A DNA stretch of 64,000 bases from an uncultured delta proteobacterium (GCA_963743305.1 CAVUPH010000042.1:32001-96000); one strand, 5' to 3'; numbered from the stretch's first letter, positions 28,537-39,319 are shown. A program made the numbers and translations. Notes: generated by a model from the letters alone, not told the origin.

Positions 28537-31152
28537 TCATTGAGGTTTGTTCCGGGTTTTCGCCGGCGGAGACCCGGTCGACGGCGGCGGCTGGAAGGTA
28601 TAATTCCCCTTAAAAAATTCCTCCACGAACCAGTCGATTTTCCGATCATCGGACAGAACCATGTCCAGCAGGCGTACGGAGCCCATGAGCCGGCCGAGCA
28701 GGTCCAGTTTCTCCCGGATCAAATTTTGGTCGTGTTTTTTAAGCTGGCCCCGAAGCCTATCGCCTTTTTGTTCCACCATAAAACCCAGGCGTTTGAGGAT
28801 CGCGGCCACCAGGATGGCCCGGCGGGTTCGCCGTTCGATATCCGCCGCCCCGCCTTTAAAATAAAAGGTAATGTAATTGTTGTTGATATTCCGGCCGCAA
28901 TAGGTATCCAAGGTGGCAAAGTGGTAACCCAGGCGGGAACTGAAATTCAGGTATTTGGCCGAGATGACGGCGTAGCTGATTCCCCCCATTTCGCCCTCCT
29001 TTTGGGGGTCCCGCAGGATGGATTCCATCAAGATGGAGCCAAAGCCCCCCCAGTCCATCTTATTCTGCCCCAGCCATTCCACCCCTTCATGCGTCATCCC
29101 CTGGAGCAAGGCCAGGAAGGGGATGGAAGTAATATTTTCCAGCCTGACCTCCCGGGCCGCCGCATCGGCCGCCAGTCCGCCTCCCAGGTCGACCACATAC
29201 AAATTCAAGGGTAAGTGCGAGCGGAAGCGGACCGCGATACCGGGGCCCGGTTCCAGGTCTTCGCCGATTTGAAACATTTCCTGCATAGCCATTTCGTGGA
29301 CGAAGCGGATAAGGTCGTGAATGGTCTCACAGCCGCCGGGGTTGAAATTTTCCTGCTGAGGGTCGACCAGATGCAAGGGGGCGATCTTTTTTAAGACCCG
29401 TTCCATAATCCGGTAAGCCGGGCTGCCTCTTAGGGGATTCAAGGCCGGCCGGTTCTGGAGCAGTTCTTCCACCCGACCCTGGTAGACGATCCGGTTGCGG
29501 GCGTCCACGGTAATTATCTGCCCCGGAGGAATCCGTTCGGTGGCCTGACCGGTGCCCACCAAGGTGGGGATCCGAAATTCCCTGGCCACCGAGGCCATGT
29601 GGCCGGTGACACTGCCGATATCGGTCACGATGGCCCGTACCCGCCCGATGATCGGTACGTAGCGGGGGGAGGTTTGCCGGGCGATTAAAATAACTCCTTC
29701 CGGGACGCTGGGAAGGTTATGGTCCGATTTCAGGACATAGGCCGGGCCGCTGGCCACGCCATCGGCCGCCGATGCTCCTCCCCTCAAGAGGACCGGATAA
29801 TTTTCCAGAACGGGGGCCAGGGCCTCCTCCGTCGGCGGGCTTTCCTGGCGGGTAAAGCCCAGGGGACGGGCCTGCAGCACATAGATTTTACCGTCCGGTT
29901 CCAGCGCCCATTCAATATCCAGAGGGAGCCCGTAATGGTTTTCCAGTTTTGATCCGTATTGGACCAGGAGCTGCAATTGCGCGTCGCTCAGGCAGGACCG
30001 ATCCACCAGGTCGTCTGGCACCCTTTCTTCCTGAAGCCCGGCTCCCGGCCGGGAGCGCAGCCGGGTTGGTTTTCGGGCCAGCTCTCTGATTTCGATTTGC
30101 CGGTTCATCTTTTCAACCTGAAAAAAATCCGTAGGCTGTGATCCGTCGACGGCGCTGAGGCCCAAACCCCAGAGGGCGCTGACCATGAAGACCTCATGAT
30201 TGCGGTTGTTGGGGTCTACGGTGTACATGACCCCGCTGGCCAGCGCTTCAATCATTCGAATACAAGCAACACTCATCAGGACGTCCTGGTCGGAATAGCC
30301 TTTGCTGTGCCGGTAGAAGATGGCCCGGGGATTGAAGGTGCTGGCCACCACTTGTTTATAGGCCTGGAGCAGATTCTCGCGGGTGACGTTCAGGACCGTT
30401 GAATGCTGCCCGGCAAAACTGACTTCGGAATCCTCGCTGGTGGCGCTGCTCCGAACCGCCAAGCGGACCCCGGAACCGAAACGGCCTTCCAGGGTTTCCT
30501 GGGCCGCGAGGATCGCCTCTTCCAACTCCGGAGGCAGGGGGGTCAAAAGGATTTTTTGCTTCACCGTTTCGCTGCGCTTCAGCAAGGTTTCGGTGTCATT
30601 GATGTCCAGACCCTGCAGTTGTTCGTCAATCCACTGCCGCAGGTCCTGTTGTTCTAAAAAATATTGACAGGCATAGGCCGATACGGCAAATCCCTCGGGT
30701 ACGGGCAATCGCACCCGGTTGAGGATCTCCCCTAAGTTAGCCGCCTTGCCGCCCACCGCCGGGACTTCAGCCTTCCCGATTTTTTCCAGCGGGAGGACCA
30801 GAGGGGTCGGGTTGATTTTTTTCCGGACATCTAATTCCGGGAGGATCTCTCCCCCCACCCGTTCCAGGGCCTCAAACAGGTCGGGGTACTTCCCCCGGGC
30901 CAAGGCGTTCAGGTCCTCGATGATTTCGCAGACCACGTCCAGCAGTTGCCGGGATTGCTCCCGCAGGGTTCCCAGGGTAAAGGGCCGGTCTTCGTAGAAT
31001 AAATGCTCCAGATCGGTGATGATTTCCAGTGCCCGGTTGTTTCCGGTCAAGACTTGCTTGAAATGATCGTATTTGTGGAGCAGAAAGCCTTTCTCGGCCG
31101 AAAAACGGCCGCCGCCTTGGCTCTTTCGGAAAATATCGAGTATTTTAAACAT
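28537..31152 (-). CDS. PEP-synthase/PPDK-like phosphotransferase (ATP-grasp N domain + phospho-His domain + non-canonical C-terminus)
   Basis: GGKAANLGE, AVRSSA..ED...SFAGQ, DIEWA, LQARP, GSVTGHMASVAREF; C-terminal SSRLGYHF and FKGGAA. Confidence 0.88.
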   Translation of the reverse strand: MFKILDIFRKSQGGGRFSAEKGFLLHKYDHFKQVLTGNNRALEIITDLEHLFYEDRPFTLGTLREQSRQLLDVVCEIIEDLNALARGKYPDLFEALERVGGEILPELDVRKKINPTPLVLPLEKIGKAEVPAVGGKAANLGEILNRVRLPVPEGFAVSAYACQYFLEQQDLRQWIDEQLQGLDINDTETLLKRSETVKQKILLTPLPPELEEAILAAQETLEGRFGSGVRLAVRSSATSEDSEVSFAGQHSTVLNVTRENLLQAYKQVVASTFNPRAIFYRHSKGYSDQDVLMSVACIRMIEALASGVMYTVDPNNRNHEVFMVSALWGLGLSAVDGSQPTDFFQVEKMNRQIEIRELARKPTRLRSRPGAGLQEERVPDDLVDRSCLSDAQLQLLVQYGSKLENHYGLPLDIEWALEPDGKIYVLQARPLGFTRQESPPTEEALAPVLENYPVLLRGGASAADGVASGPAYVLKSDHNLPSVPEGVILIARQTSPRYVPIIGRVRAIVTDIGSVTGHMASVAREFRIPTLVGTGQATERIPPGQIITVDARNRIVYQGRVEELLQNRPALNPLRGSPAYRIMERVLKKIAPLHLVDPQQENFNPGGCETIHDLIRFVHEMAMQEMFQIGEDLEPGPGIAVRFRSHLPLNLYVVDLGGGLAADAAAREVRLENITSIPFLALLQGMTHEGVEWLGQNKMDWGGFGSILMESILRDPQKEGEMGGISYAVISAKYLNFSSRLGYHFATLDTYCGRNINNNYITFYFKGGAADIERRTRRAILVAAILKRLGFMVEQKGDRLRGQLKKHDQNLIREKLDLLGRLMGSVRLLDMVLSDDRKIDWFVEEFFKGNYTFQPPPSTGSPPAKTRNKPQ

Positions 31153-31272
31153 AAATTAAGTTTTCTTTTCCTTTTTTATATTGCTATATTCAACATAGTT
31201 TTTATAATTTTTCAAAATTAATTTTGACAAGTTCGAAAAAAATAAAAAAAGACCTTTAGCCGTAAAGGATCC

Positions 31273-32553
31273 ATGATGCCAAATATTCAGGCCCTCATTT
31301 TAGCCGCCGGTCGGGTGGATGAGCTTTCCCTCCTGACCCTGGATCGTCCAAAATCCGCAGTCCCCTTTGGGGGACTTTATCGGGTGATCGACTTTGCCCT
31401 GAGCAATCTGATGCACTCCCGGATCGGCCGGGTGGGAATCCTCTCCCAGTACCAATCCACCTCGCTCATTACGCACATTGGCAATGGGGAGTCCTGGGAT
31501 ATGGTCGGGCGCCATCGGAAAGTAAGCCTGCTTCCCCCCTCTTCCGGGGGGAAAGGATGCGAATGGTACCGAGGGACGGCGGATGCCGTGGCCCAAAACA
31601 TGGAATTCATCGTCGAAAATGAACCCGATCTGGTACTTATCCTCTCAGGGGATCATATCTACCAGATGGACTACCAGGAACTGATTCAATTTCACTTGGC
31701 TCAAAAAGCGGATCTGACGGTCGGATTCGTTAAAGTTCCCTTGACCGAGGCCCCTCGTTTTGGTTTGGGGTTGATCGAGGCCAAAAGCGGCCATCCTGGA
31801 GGCCGGCTGCGGGAATACCGGGAAAAACCCGCCCAACCGATTTCTCCCTGGGCCTCCTTAACCATCTATCTTTTTAAACCGCAGGTCCTCTTCGAGGTCC
31901 TCAAAAGTCCTGAGGGTGGAAGTCCCCGGCTGGAGTTCGGGAGGGATATTCTTCCCGAAATGGTTCACCACTTTCGGGTTTTCGGCTATCGTTTTAACGG
32001 GTACTGGGGATACACCCGAACGCTGGAAGAATACTGGCAAACGCATATGGACCTGCTGGTCCAGCATCCCAAGATCCGGCTGCCCGAATGGCAAATCCGC
32101 ACCAACCTGGAGCACGAAAGGATCGCCGAACGGCAACCCGTCCGGGTCGGCCCCCGGGCCCGGCTTTCCCAGGTCATCCTGACCCCGGGATGCGAGGTGG
32201 CGGGGCAGGTCCGACGGAGCGTGCTCTTCCCGGGGGTGATCGTTGAGCCGGGAGCCGTGGTGGAGGATTCCATCCTCCTTTACGACACCCGGGTGGAAGC
32301 CGGGGCCCGTCTCTATAAAGTGATCACCGATAAGCGGGTGTCCATCGGCGAGGGAAGCCGGGTAGGCGGAAAAGACGATCTGCTTCCCAACCGGATCCAT
32401 CCCGGGTTGCTTTCTTCGGGCCTGACGCTGATCGGTCATAACACCGATGTCCCGGCCCAGACCACGATCGGGGCCAACTGTCTTCTTTATCCGCATCTGG
32501 ATCGGAAGGACTTCCCCGGCACCAGCCTATCCTCGGGGGAGGTCCTGCAATGA
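31273..32553 (+). CDS. ADP-glucose pyrophosphorylase paralog with degenerate motifs (GlgD-like subunit)
   Basis: LAAGRVDEL..RPKSAVPFGGLYR, WYRGTADA, LSGDHIY; YWGYTRT in place of YWRDVGT. Confidence 0.8.
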   Translation: MMPNIQALILAAGRVDELSLLTLDRPKSAVPFGGLYRVIDFALSNLMHSRIGRVGILSQYQSTSLITHIGNGESWDMVGRHRKVSLLPPSSGGKGCEWYRGTADAVAQNMEFIVENEPDLVLILSGDHIYQMDYQELIQFHLAQKADLTVGFVKVPLTEAPRFGLGLIEAKSGHPGGRLREYREKPAQPISPWASLTIYLFKPQVLFEVLKSPEGGSPRLEFGRDILPEMVHHFRVFGYRFNGYWGYTRTLEEYWQTHMDLLVQHPKIRLPEWQIRTNLEHERIAERQPVRVGPRARLSQVILTPGCEVAGQVRRSVLFPGVIVEPGAVVEDSILLYDTRVEAGARLYKVITDKRVSIGEGSRVGGKDDLLPNRIHPGLLSSGLTLIGHNTDVPAQTTIGANCLLYPHLDRKDFPGTSLSSGEVLQ

Positions 32554-33812
32554 GCGCTACCTTGGTCATGCTGCTGGCCGGAGGTGTCGGGAGCCGCCTG
32601 AGTCTCCTGGTTTCGGCCCGGGCCAAACCGGCGGTACCTTTCGGCGGCAATTACCGGATCATCGATTTCACCTTGAGCAACATCATGAATTCCGGACTGG
32701 AACGAGTAGGGGTACTGACCCAGTATAAACCCCTTTCCCTGATGAACCATATCGGTTCCGGGCGCGCCTGGGACCTGACCGGGCGTACCCGGGGAATCAC
32801 TATCCTCCCACCCCAGACCGGCAAAAAGGATTCCGACTGGTACAAAGGGACGGCGGATGCCTTACGCCAAAATCTGGACTTCCTGAAGCGCTTTGATACC
32901 GACCAAGTATTGGTGGTTTCCGGCGATCATATCTACTTTATGGACTATAATCCGATGATCGCCTATCACCGGCGAAATAAGGCCGACGTGACGGTGGCCA
33001 TGCGGCAGGTCCCCTGGGATCAGGTCATGCACTACGGTATCGGCCAAAAAGACGGGAAGGGCCGGATCGTTCATTGGGAAGAAAAACCCAAGGTGGCCAA
33101 GAGCAACTTGGCCTCCACCGGGGTTTACCTTTTCCGGACCGAATATCTCCTGAAGGTCCTCACTGAAACGCAGGCCATTGATTTCGGACACCATGTCGTT
33201 CCCCAGGCCATCGGTCAAGACCGGGTGTTCGCCTACCCCTTCTCCGGGTATTGGCGGGATGTGGGAACGCTGGCCTTCTACTTCGAGGCCCATCAGGAGC
33301 TCCTGGACCCGGCTTCCGGACTGAACCCCGAGGCTTGGGGTATTCAGACCAACTTGGATGAGGAGGGAAGGAGAGGGGACCGTCCGCCGATCGTTGTTCT
33401 CCGAGGGGCCCGGGTCAGTCGGAGTTTTCTCTCCTCCGGGGTGGTCATTGAGGGGCGGGTGGAGGGATCGATCCTGTCTCCCGGGGTGAAAGTGAAGAAG
33501 GGGGCGCAGGTTCTCAATTCCATTATCCTGCACGATGGAGAAATCGGCGCCGGAGCGTTGCTGGACCGGGTGATTTTGGACAAAAGGGTGGTCATTGGGG
33601 AAAAGGCCCGCATCGATGGCCGATCCGCGGTCCCCAACCGAGAATTTCCGTCCCATTTATCCGAAGGCATTACGCTGATCGGGAAAAAGGCCTTCATCCC
33701 CCCGGGTCTGGTGGTCAAAGGCAATTGCCTGCTCTTCCCCGACCTGAAAGAGGAGGATTATTCCGAAGCCGTTATTGAAGAAGGGATGACCGTTCGGCCC
33801 AGGGAGGATTGA
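32550..33812 (+). CDS. glgC: Glucose-1-phosphate adenylyltransferase
   Basis: LAGGVGSRL, RAKPAVPFGG, WYKGTADA, GDHIY, EEKP, YWRDVGT. Confidence 0.93.
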   Translation: MSATLVMLLAGGVGSRLSLLVSARAKPAVPFGGNYRIIDFTLSNIMNSGLERVGVLTQYKPLSLMNHIGSGRAWDLTGRTRGITILPPQTGKKDSDWYKGTADALRQNLDFLKRFDTDQVLVVSGDHIYFMDYNPMIAYHRRNKADVTVAMRQVPWDQVMHYGIGQKDGKGRIVHWEEKPKVAKSNLASTGVYLFRTEYLLKVLTETQAIDFGHHVVPQAIGQDRVFAYPFSGYWRDVGTLAFYFEAHQELLDPASGLNPEAWGIQTNLDEEGRRGDRPPIVVLRGARVSRSFLSSGVVIEGRVEGSILSPGVKVKKGAQVLNSIILHDGEIGAGALLDRVILDKRVVIGEKARIDGRSAVPNREFPSHLSEGITLIGKKAFIPPGLVVKGNCLLFPDLKEEDYSEAVIEEGMTVRPRED

Positions 33813-33912
33813 AATCAGCAGGGCACATTTAACCCCCTGGGGTCACAAAGGGTCTACACAGGCAATTTGAATGCCTTTCATCCGGATTAGGTAAGCCACT
33901 AAGGAGCAGCTA

Positions 33913-35218
33913 ATGGTTGGACGATGTTTTTTTGTTCTCAGCGTTTTTATGTCGATACTGGTGGGGAAAACCTCTGCCGGGGCGGAAGAGTGGGATTTGA
34001 ACTACTGTCTGGAACTGGGATTAAAGCAGAATCCTAAAATCATCGCGGCGGAAAAGGCGGCTGAGGCGGCCAAGGCCCGGGTGGTCCAGTTCCAAGCGGA
34101 TTATTATCCGAATCTGGCCCTGGAGGGAGATGCCACCCGTTATAACGGCAACTTGAACTCTTCGTCCAGGTCAACGGCCACTTCCGATTATAACCAGTAC
34201 CTGGTTTCCTTGGGTTTGACGCAAAACATTTATGATTTCGGCCGGCGGGAGTACAAGGTTCAGGCCGCAAAAGAAGACCTGAAAGCCTATGGCTGGGACT
34301 TGAAGGATATCCGACTCGGCGTCATCGATGAAATAAGGCAGGGCTACTACGGCGTGCTGCTGGCTGACCGGGGCGAAAAAGTCAGGGAGAAGGAATTGGA
34401 GCGCACCCAATTATTTTTGCGTCAGGCCCAGGGGTTCTACCAGGTCGGGCTTAAACCCAGGATCGACGTGACCCAGGCGGAATTGCAGCTTATCCAGGCC
34501 CAAAAGGCCCTGCTGAAAGCCAAAAATGATTTATCGGTCAGCCGGGTCAATCTCCAGAAATCCTTAGGTCTAGACTACTCCCGCGACTATACCTTGAAGG
34601 ATGACTTGGAGGCCGATCGAGTCCAGTGGAATTTGGGGGATTTGAGAAAGGAGGCCTTGGCCGGTCAACCCACCTTGAATCGGTTGCGCGTCCTGATTCA
34701 ATATTGGGAAGCCCAGGTAAAGGTGGCCGAGCGAGATTATTGGCCCCGGTTGGATGCCTTAGCCAATTGGGGGCGCAACGGCTCGGATTATCCAGGGGGG
34801 GGGGTACGACAATTCCTGGAACGTGGGGGTTCAAATGACGGTGCCTATTTTTTCCGGTTTTGCCTCCCGGGCCAAAATTGAAGAGAACCGGGCCGTGCTG
34901 AGTCAGGCCAAGGCCAATGCCCGGAACCAGGAATTGCAGATACTCAGCACCGTCGAAAGCGGCTATCTAAATCTCATACTGGCCGGAAAACAGATCGAGG
35001 TGGCCCGGGAAGCGCTGCGTACAGCCCGGGAGAACCTGGATTTGGCCGAGGGGAGGTACCAGGCCGGTGTGGGTACCATGCTGGAGGTCACCGATGCCCG
35101 GGTCTCTTGGACTCAATCCGAAAATGATTACATTCAGTCCTTTTATGATTACCGGGTTGCCCGCTACAGTTTGGAGAGAACGCTGGGTCGGGATTATAAC
35201 CTGGGAGGAGCGCAGTAG
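33913..35218 (+). CDS. TolC-family outer membrane efflux protein, frameshift in G10 tract 34795-34804
   Basis: Signal peptide, OEP repeats (YYPNL, QNIYDFG, PIFSG, RYQAGVG). Confidence 0.88.
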
Positions 35219-36559
35219 CTAAAAGATTTCCTTCAGTTGAATTTCCTTCTGATCCCCCACCACCACCAGCAGGAACCTGTCGGGCTGCAGGTATTTACGG
35301 GCCGTCCGCAATATTTCCTCTTGGGTAACCCGATTGATAAGCTCCGGGTATTTTTCGGGATAGTCCAATCCTAACCCGTAAAACTCCATGGCGGATAACA
35401 TTTTAACCATCTTGGCGTTGGTATCCATTCGCAGCGGGAAGCTGCCGGTCAGGTAGGCCTTGGCCTCGGCCAGTTCGGTGGCGGTGACCCCGTTTTCCAG
35501 GAATTTTTTTAATTCCTTCATGATCTCGGTAACGGCCTGATTGGTGCTCCGGTTTTTGGTCTCGAGGGAAATTTCGAAAGCGCCGGGAAAGGCCCGGGCA
35601 TCAAAATGGCTATAAATACCGTAGGTTAAACCAAGATTATCCCGGATCTGATCCATCAGCCGGGAAACAAAACCTCCACCCCCCAAGATATAGTTCATGA
35701 CCAGCAGGGTGTAATAGTCGGGATTGTCGCGCTTTACTCCCAGATGGCCCCAAAGGATGTTGGCCTGGCTGCTCGAACGGTCGATCTTAACCACTTCCGA
35801 TCTGGTCAGGCCTTGAGCGGGGGCTAGAGCTGGTTTTTGAATCGGAGCGGCTTGCCAGCCGCCTAAGGCTTTTTCCAGGAAAGCGGCGGCCTCTTCCAGG
35901 TTGATCTGCCCCACGATGGTCACCAGGGCATTGTTCGGCCGGTAATAGGATTGAAAGAAACGCTGGATATCGACCCGGGTCAGCCGGTCCAGCGTGGTGA
36001 CCGACCCTTCCACCGGATGGGCATAGGGATGGTCCCGGAATAGACTCCGGGCAAAGGCCAACTGGGCTATCTGCCGCGGTTCCTCTTCCATCCGTTTCAG
36101 CCGGGCCTTCATTTCGGCGATTTTTCGCGCCACCTCCGGTTCCGCGAATCGGGGGTTCAGCAGAATATCGGCCAGTAGGTCCATTCCCAGGGAAAGATCT
36201 TTCTTCAGGACCGCCAGTTGGATAGAGGTGAAATCGAGATCGGCGGCGGAGGATAAAGACCCCCCCACCGATTCTATCCGCCTACTGATTCGGACGGCAT
36301 CCTGGGTGGCCGTCCCCTGCAACAATAATTCCGCGGTCAGGTTGGCCAGGCCTAACTGATTGGCGGTGTCCACGGAGGAACCGGCCCGCAGCAGGACTTG
36401 TAGGTGAACGGTGGGGAGCTGGTTCCGTTCCGCCACCACCAGGGTCAAACCGTTGGCCAGGGTGGTTTTCCGGACGATTTCCGCGGAAAAGGAAAAATGA
36501 GCCCAGAGGATCTGACTCAGAGCCAGGAGGAGAATTATACCAAGGATTTTTTGGGGCAT
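35219..36559 (-). CDS. M16 peptidase family, non-catalytic subunit
   Basis: LANGL, GLANLTAELL (no HxxEH), SRLMDQIRDNLGLTY. Confidence 0.9.
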   Translation of the reverse strand: MPQKILGIILLLALSQILWAHFSFSAEIVRKTTLANGLTLVVAERNQLPTVHLQVLLRAGSSVDTANQLGLANLTAELLLQGTATQDAVRISRRIESVGGSLSSAADLDFTSIQLAVLKKDLSLGMDLLADILLNPRFAEPEVARKIAEMKARLKRMEEEPRQIAQLAFARSLFRDHPYAHPVEGSVTTLDRLTRVDIQRFFQSYYRPNNALVTIVGQINLEEAAAFLEKALGGWQAAPIQKPALAPAQGLTRSEVVKIDRSSSQANILWGHLGVKRDNPDYYTLLVMNYILGGGGFVSRLMDQIRDNLGLTYGIYSHFDARAFPGAFEISLETKNRSTNQAVTEIMKELKKFLENGVTATELAEAKAYLTGSFPLRMDTNAKMVKMLSAMEFYGLGLDYPEKYPELINRVTQEEILRTARKYLQPDRFLLVVVGDQKEIQLKEIF

Positions 36560-36571
36560 ACCGATTTTCCT

Positions 36572-37903
36572 TTATTCGCTGGGGAGCAGCACACCTACCG
36601 TGAGATTGGCGGGTTGAAAATAAGTCCGGTAGACTCGAAGTAAATCGTCCGGGGTAACGGCCCTGATGCCGGGCAGGAATTTTTGGATGTCCCTCCAACT
36701 CCCCAGGGTCTGATTTTTTCCTAAAAGCATCCCCTGATAGAAAATAGAGTCCTGACCAAAAATATAGGAGGCTTCAATCTGGTTTTTAGCCCGCTCAATC
36801 TCTTCCGGGGTCGGGGGGATTTTCCCCCAGTCGGTGATTTCCTGGTGAAGCCGGTGTTCGATTTGTTCCGCTGATTTCCCGGGCATGGCCTGGGCCGACA
36901 CATAAAACAGATGGGGGTCCCGGGAATTGAAGGAGAAATCAGCGCCGGTTTCCAGCGCGAGTTGTTCCTCATAGACCATCTTCCGGTAAAGGCGGGAACT
37001 TTTACCTCCGGCCAATATCTGGGACATGACTTTCAGGGGGAAGGCGTCCGGGTGGGGATAAGCCGGGACATGGTAGACCAGCGTGACATAAGGAAGCCGG
37101 GCCTCCGGCCTTCGCAAGGTAACCCGTTTTTCAGCCTCCTGGGGCGGCTCCTGAATCTTGATTCGAACGAGGGGCTTCCCCGGGGGAATTTTTCCGAAGG
37201 TTTCGCGAATGAGGGGCAGCACCTTTTCTTTTTGAAAATCGCCCACCACCACCACGACGGCGTTGCCGGGCTGATAGAAGCGGCGGTAGAAATCCTGGAA
37301 GTCCGAATGGGTCAGGCCCTCCAGGTCTTCCATCCAACCGATGATCGGCCGTTGATAGGGGTGGGATTTGAAGGCCACGGCGCCGATCTCTTCATAGAGA
37401 GAGGCCACGGGGTCATCCTTGATCCGCAGCCGGCGTTCTTCCTTGACGACCAGAAGTTCGGTCTGGAATTTTTGCTCATCCACCCTCAAACCGGTCATCC
37501 GGTCCGATTCCAGATCCAGGGCAATGGCCAGTCGGTCGGAGGCGATATTTTCAAAATAAGCGGTATAATCACGGCTGGTGAAGGCGTTATCCTGGCCGCC
37601 GTTTTTTTGAATGACCCGGGAGAACATCTTGGGGCCGACTTTTTCGGTCCCTCGAAACATGAGGTGTTCCACCAGGTGGGTCAGCCCGGACTGGCCCAGC
37701 GGTTCGTCCCGGGACCCGACATTGTACCAGATCTGAGAGGTCACTACCGGGGCCTTGTGGTTTTCCAGCAACAGGACCTTAAGACCGTTGGGCAGCGTTG
37801 TTTCCAGAACTTCTTCCGCGGTCAGGGCCTCGGACCGCCCTCCGAAACCCAAGATCAGCAGCCCAACCGCCATAACCAGCCCCAATAAAATAATTCGGTC
37901 CAT
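36572..37903 (-). CDS. M16 zinc metallopeptidase, catalytic subunit
   Basis: HLVEH (HxxEH), NAFTS, VKEERR, HPY, FYQPGNA. Confidence 0.93.
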   Translation of the reverse strand: MDRIILLGLVMAVGLLILGFGGRSEALTAEEVLETTLPNGLKVLLLENHKAPVVTSQIWYNVGSRDEPLGQSGLTHLVEHLMFRGTEKVGPKMFSRVIQKNGGQDNAFTSRDYTAYFENIASDRLAIALDLESDRMTGLRVDEQKFQTELLVVKEERRLRIKDDPVASLYEEIGAVAFKSHPYQRPIIGWMEDLEGLTHSDFQDFYRRFYQPGNAVVVVVGDFQKEKVLPLIRETFGKIPPGKPLVRIKIQEPPQEAEKRVTLRRPEARLPYVTLVYHVPAYPHPDAFPLKVMSQILAGGKSSRLYRKMVYEEQLALETGADFSFNSRDPHLFYVSAQAMPGKSAEQIEHRLHQEITDWGKIPPTPEEIERAKNQIEASYIFGQDSIFYQGMLLGKNQTLGSWRDIQKFLPGIRAVTPDDLLRVYRTYFQPANLTVGVLLPSE

Positions 37904-38075
37904 AACCGCGCCTTTGCTTGACAAGGATTTTATTTTAAATTATACCTTAAGGAAATAGGTTCGGCTTGACAAGGTTTTTTTCTAAATATATCTTGTGGTT
38001 CTCTTGAGCGGAATCGCCCGCCGAGCAAAAGGTCTTATTTAACCTTTTAGCGAGGTTAGCAAGGAGGAAAAATCG

Positions 38076-38555
38076 ATGCCCCTGGAAAGACAAATTTGGG
38101 ACGTGATGGATAGTCGCTTCACCAAAGTAACCCCGGAGACCCCTATCAAAGAGGCTTGCGCTATACTGACCGGTCTTCACCGGACCAAGCCCGGAGGACC
38201 GGGGCTGGTGGTTATGCGGTCCAATGGGGAATATCTGGGGGTGCTGTCGGTGAACGATATCCTGCGCTACCTGAATTTTATGTATGATCAATCTTTGCGG
38301 GAGAAAGAGAACTGGCTGGATAAGTTGATGGACCGCTGCGCGGATGAATCCTTGCTGTCGGTCAACGATGTGATGACCCGTTTCGACGTTTCGATCCGGC
38401 CCAATCAGAAGATCATCGAAGCCATCCGGATTATGCTGGAAGAAGACGTGGATCTCCTCCCGGTAGAGGACGCCGGTAAAATCATCGGGGTCATCTACGG
38501 GGAGACCATCCTGGGAGATATTGCTCGGCTGGTGAACAAAAATCCAAATTATTAG
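38076..38555 (+). CDS. CBS-domain protein
   Basis: Two CBS repeats (VTPETPIKEA, LLPVEDAGKIIGVI); RBS AGGAGG. Confidence 0.88.
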   Translation: MPLERQIWDVMDSRFTKVTPETPIKEACAILTGLHRTKPGGPGLVVMRSNGEYLGVLSVNDILRYLNFMYDQSLREKENWLDKLMDRCADESLLSVNDVMTRFDVSIRPNQKIIEAIRIMLEEDVDLLPVEDAGKIIGVIYGETILGDIARLVNKNPNY

Positions 38556-38569
38556 GGTAAAACCCATTT

Positions 38570-39319
38570 ATGGAACGAGCGCACATCAACACCAAGTATG
38601 ACGAGGAACTGAGTCTCCTCAAACAGCGAATCCTGCGCATGGGGGAGATGGTGGTCAACAATATCGAGAACGCCATCGTCTCGGTAACCTCCCGGGACCA
38701 TGATTTAGCCCAGATTATCCTGGACTCCGACCATCAGATCAATGAACTGGAAGTGGATGCCGAGGAAATGTGCTTGCGGATTATCGCCTTGCGGCAACCG
38801 GCCGGGCGGGATCTGCGGTTCATTTCCACGGCCATGAAAATCATCACCACCCTGGAGCGCATGGGCGACTTGGCGGTGAACATCAGCAAACGTTCCCTGG
38901 AACTGGGGCAGGAACCCCGAACGGGGGTGTGTTTCCATTTACCCATCATGGCCGAAGCCACGGAGGATTTGGTCCGCCGGGCCTTGAATGCCTTTGTGGC
39001 CGAGGATGTGGATCAGTCCCTCAAGGTCTGTACGGACGACGAGTATGTGGACCAGACCTATAAGAAACTAATTGGAGAGCTGATGCAGATGATGACGGAT
39101 AAAATTATCCCCATCCCCCGAGCCATGAAAATCATGCTGGTGGCTAAATACCTGGAACGCATTGCCGACCACGCCGTTCATATCTCCGAGATGGTGGTCT
39201 TCATGGTGGTGGGAAAAATCATCCGCCATCAGCAGACCACCCTTGATTACCTGGACGACCAGTTTCATAAACCCCGCCACGGGGACAAGGAAAAATCCCC
39301 GGCCAACCCCGTTTCCTAA
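38570..39319 (+). CDS. phoU: Phosphate signalling/transport regulator PhoU
   Basis: RQPAGRDLR, LERMGDLAVNI, LERIADHAVHISE. Confidence 0.93.
   Translation: MERAHINTKYDEELSLLKQRILRMGEMVVNNIENAIVSVTSRDHDLAQIILDSDHQINELEVDAEEMCLRIIALRQPAGRDLRFISTAMKIITTLERMGDLAVNISKRSLELGQEPRTGVCFHLPIMAEATEDLVRRALNAFVAEDVDQSLKVCTDDEYVDQTYKKLIGELMQMMTDKIIPIPRAMKIMLVAKYLERIADHAVHISEMVVFMVVGKIIRHQQTTLDYLDDQFHKPRHGDKEKSPANPVS

Noticed and set aside
18205-34804. Phase variation or programmed frameshifting at the G10 tracts in PBP1A and TolC
   Set aside because: Single-base frameshifts also hit miaA, spmA, the MBL hydrolase, the FAD oxidoreductase and the sensor kinase; sequencing indels are the simpler explanation, though reads are needed to be sure
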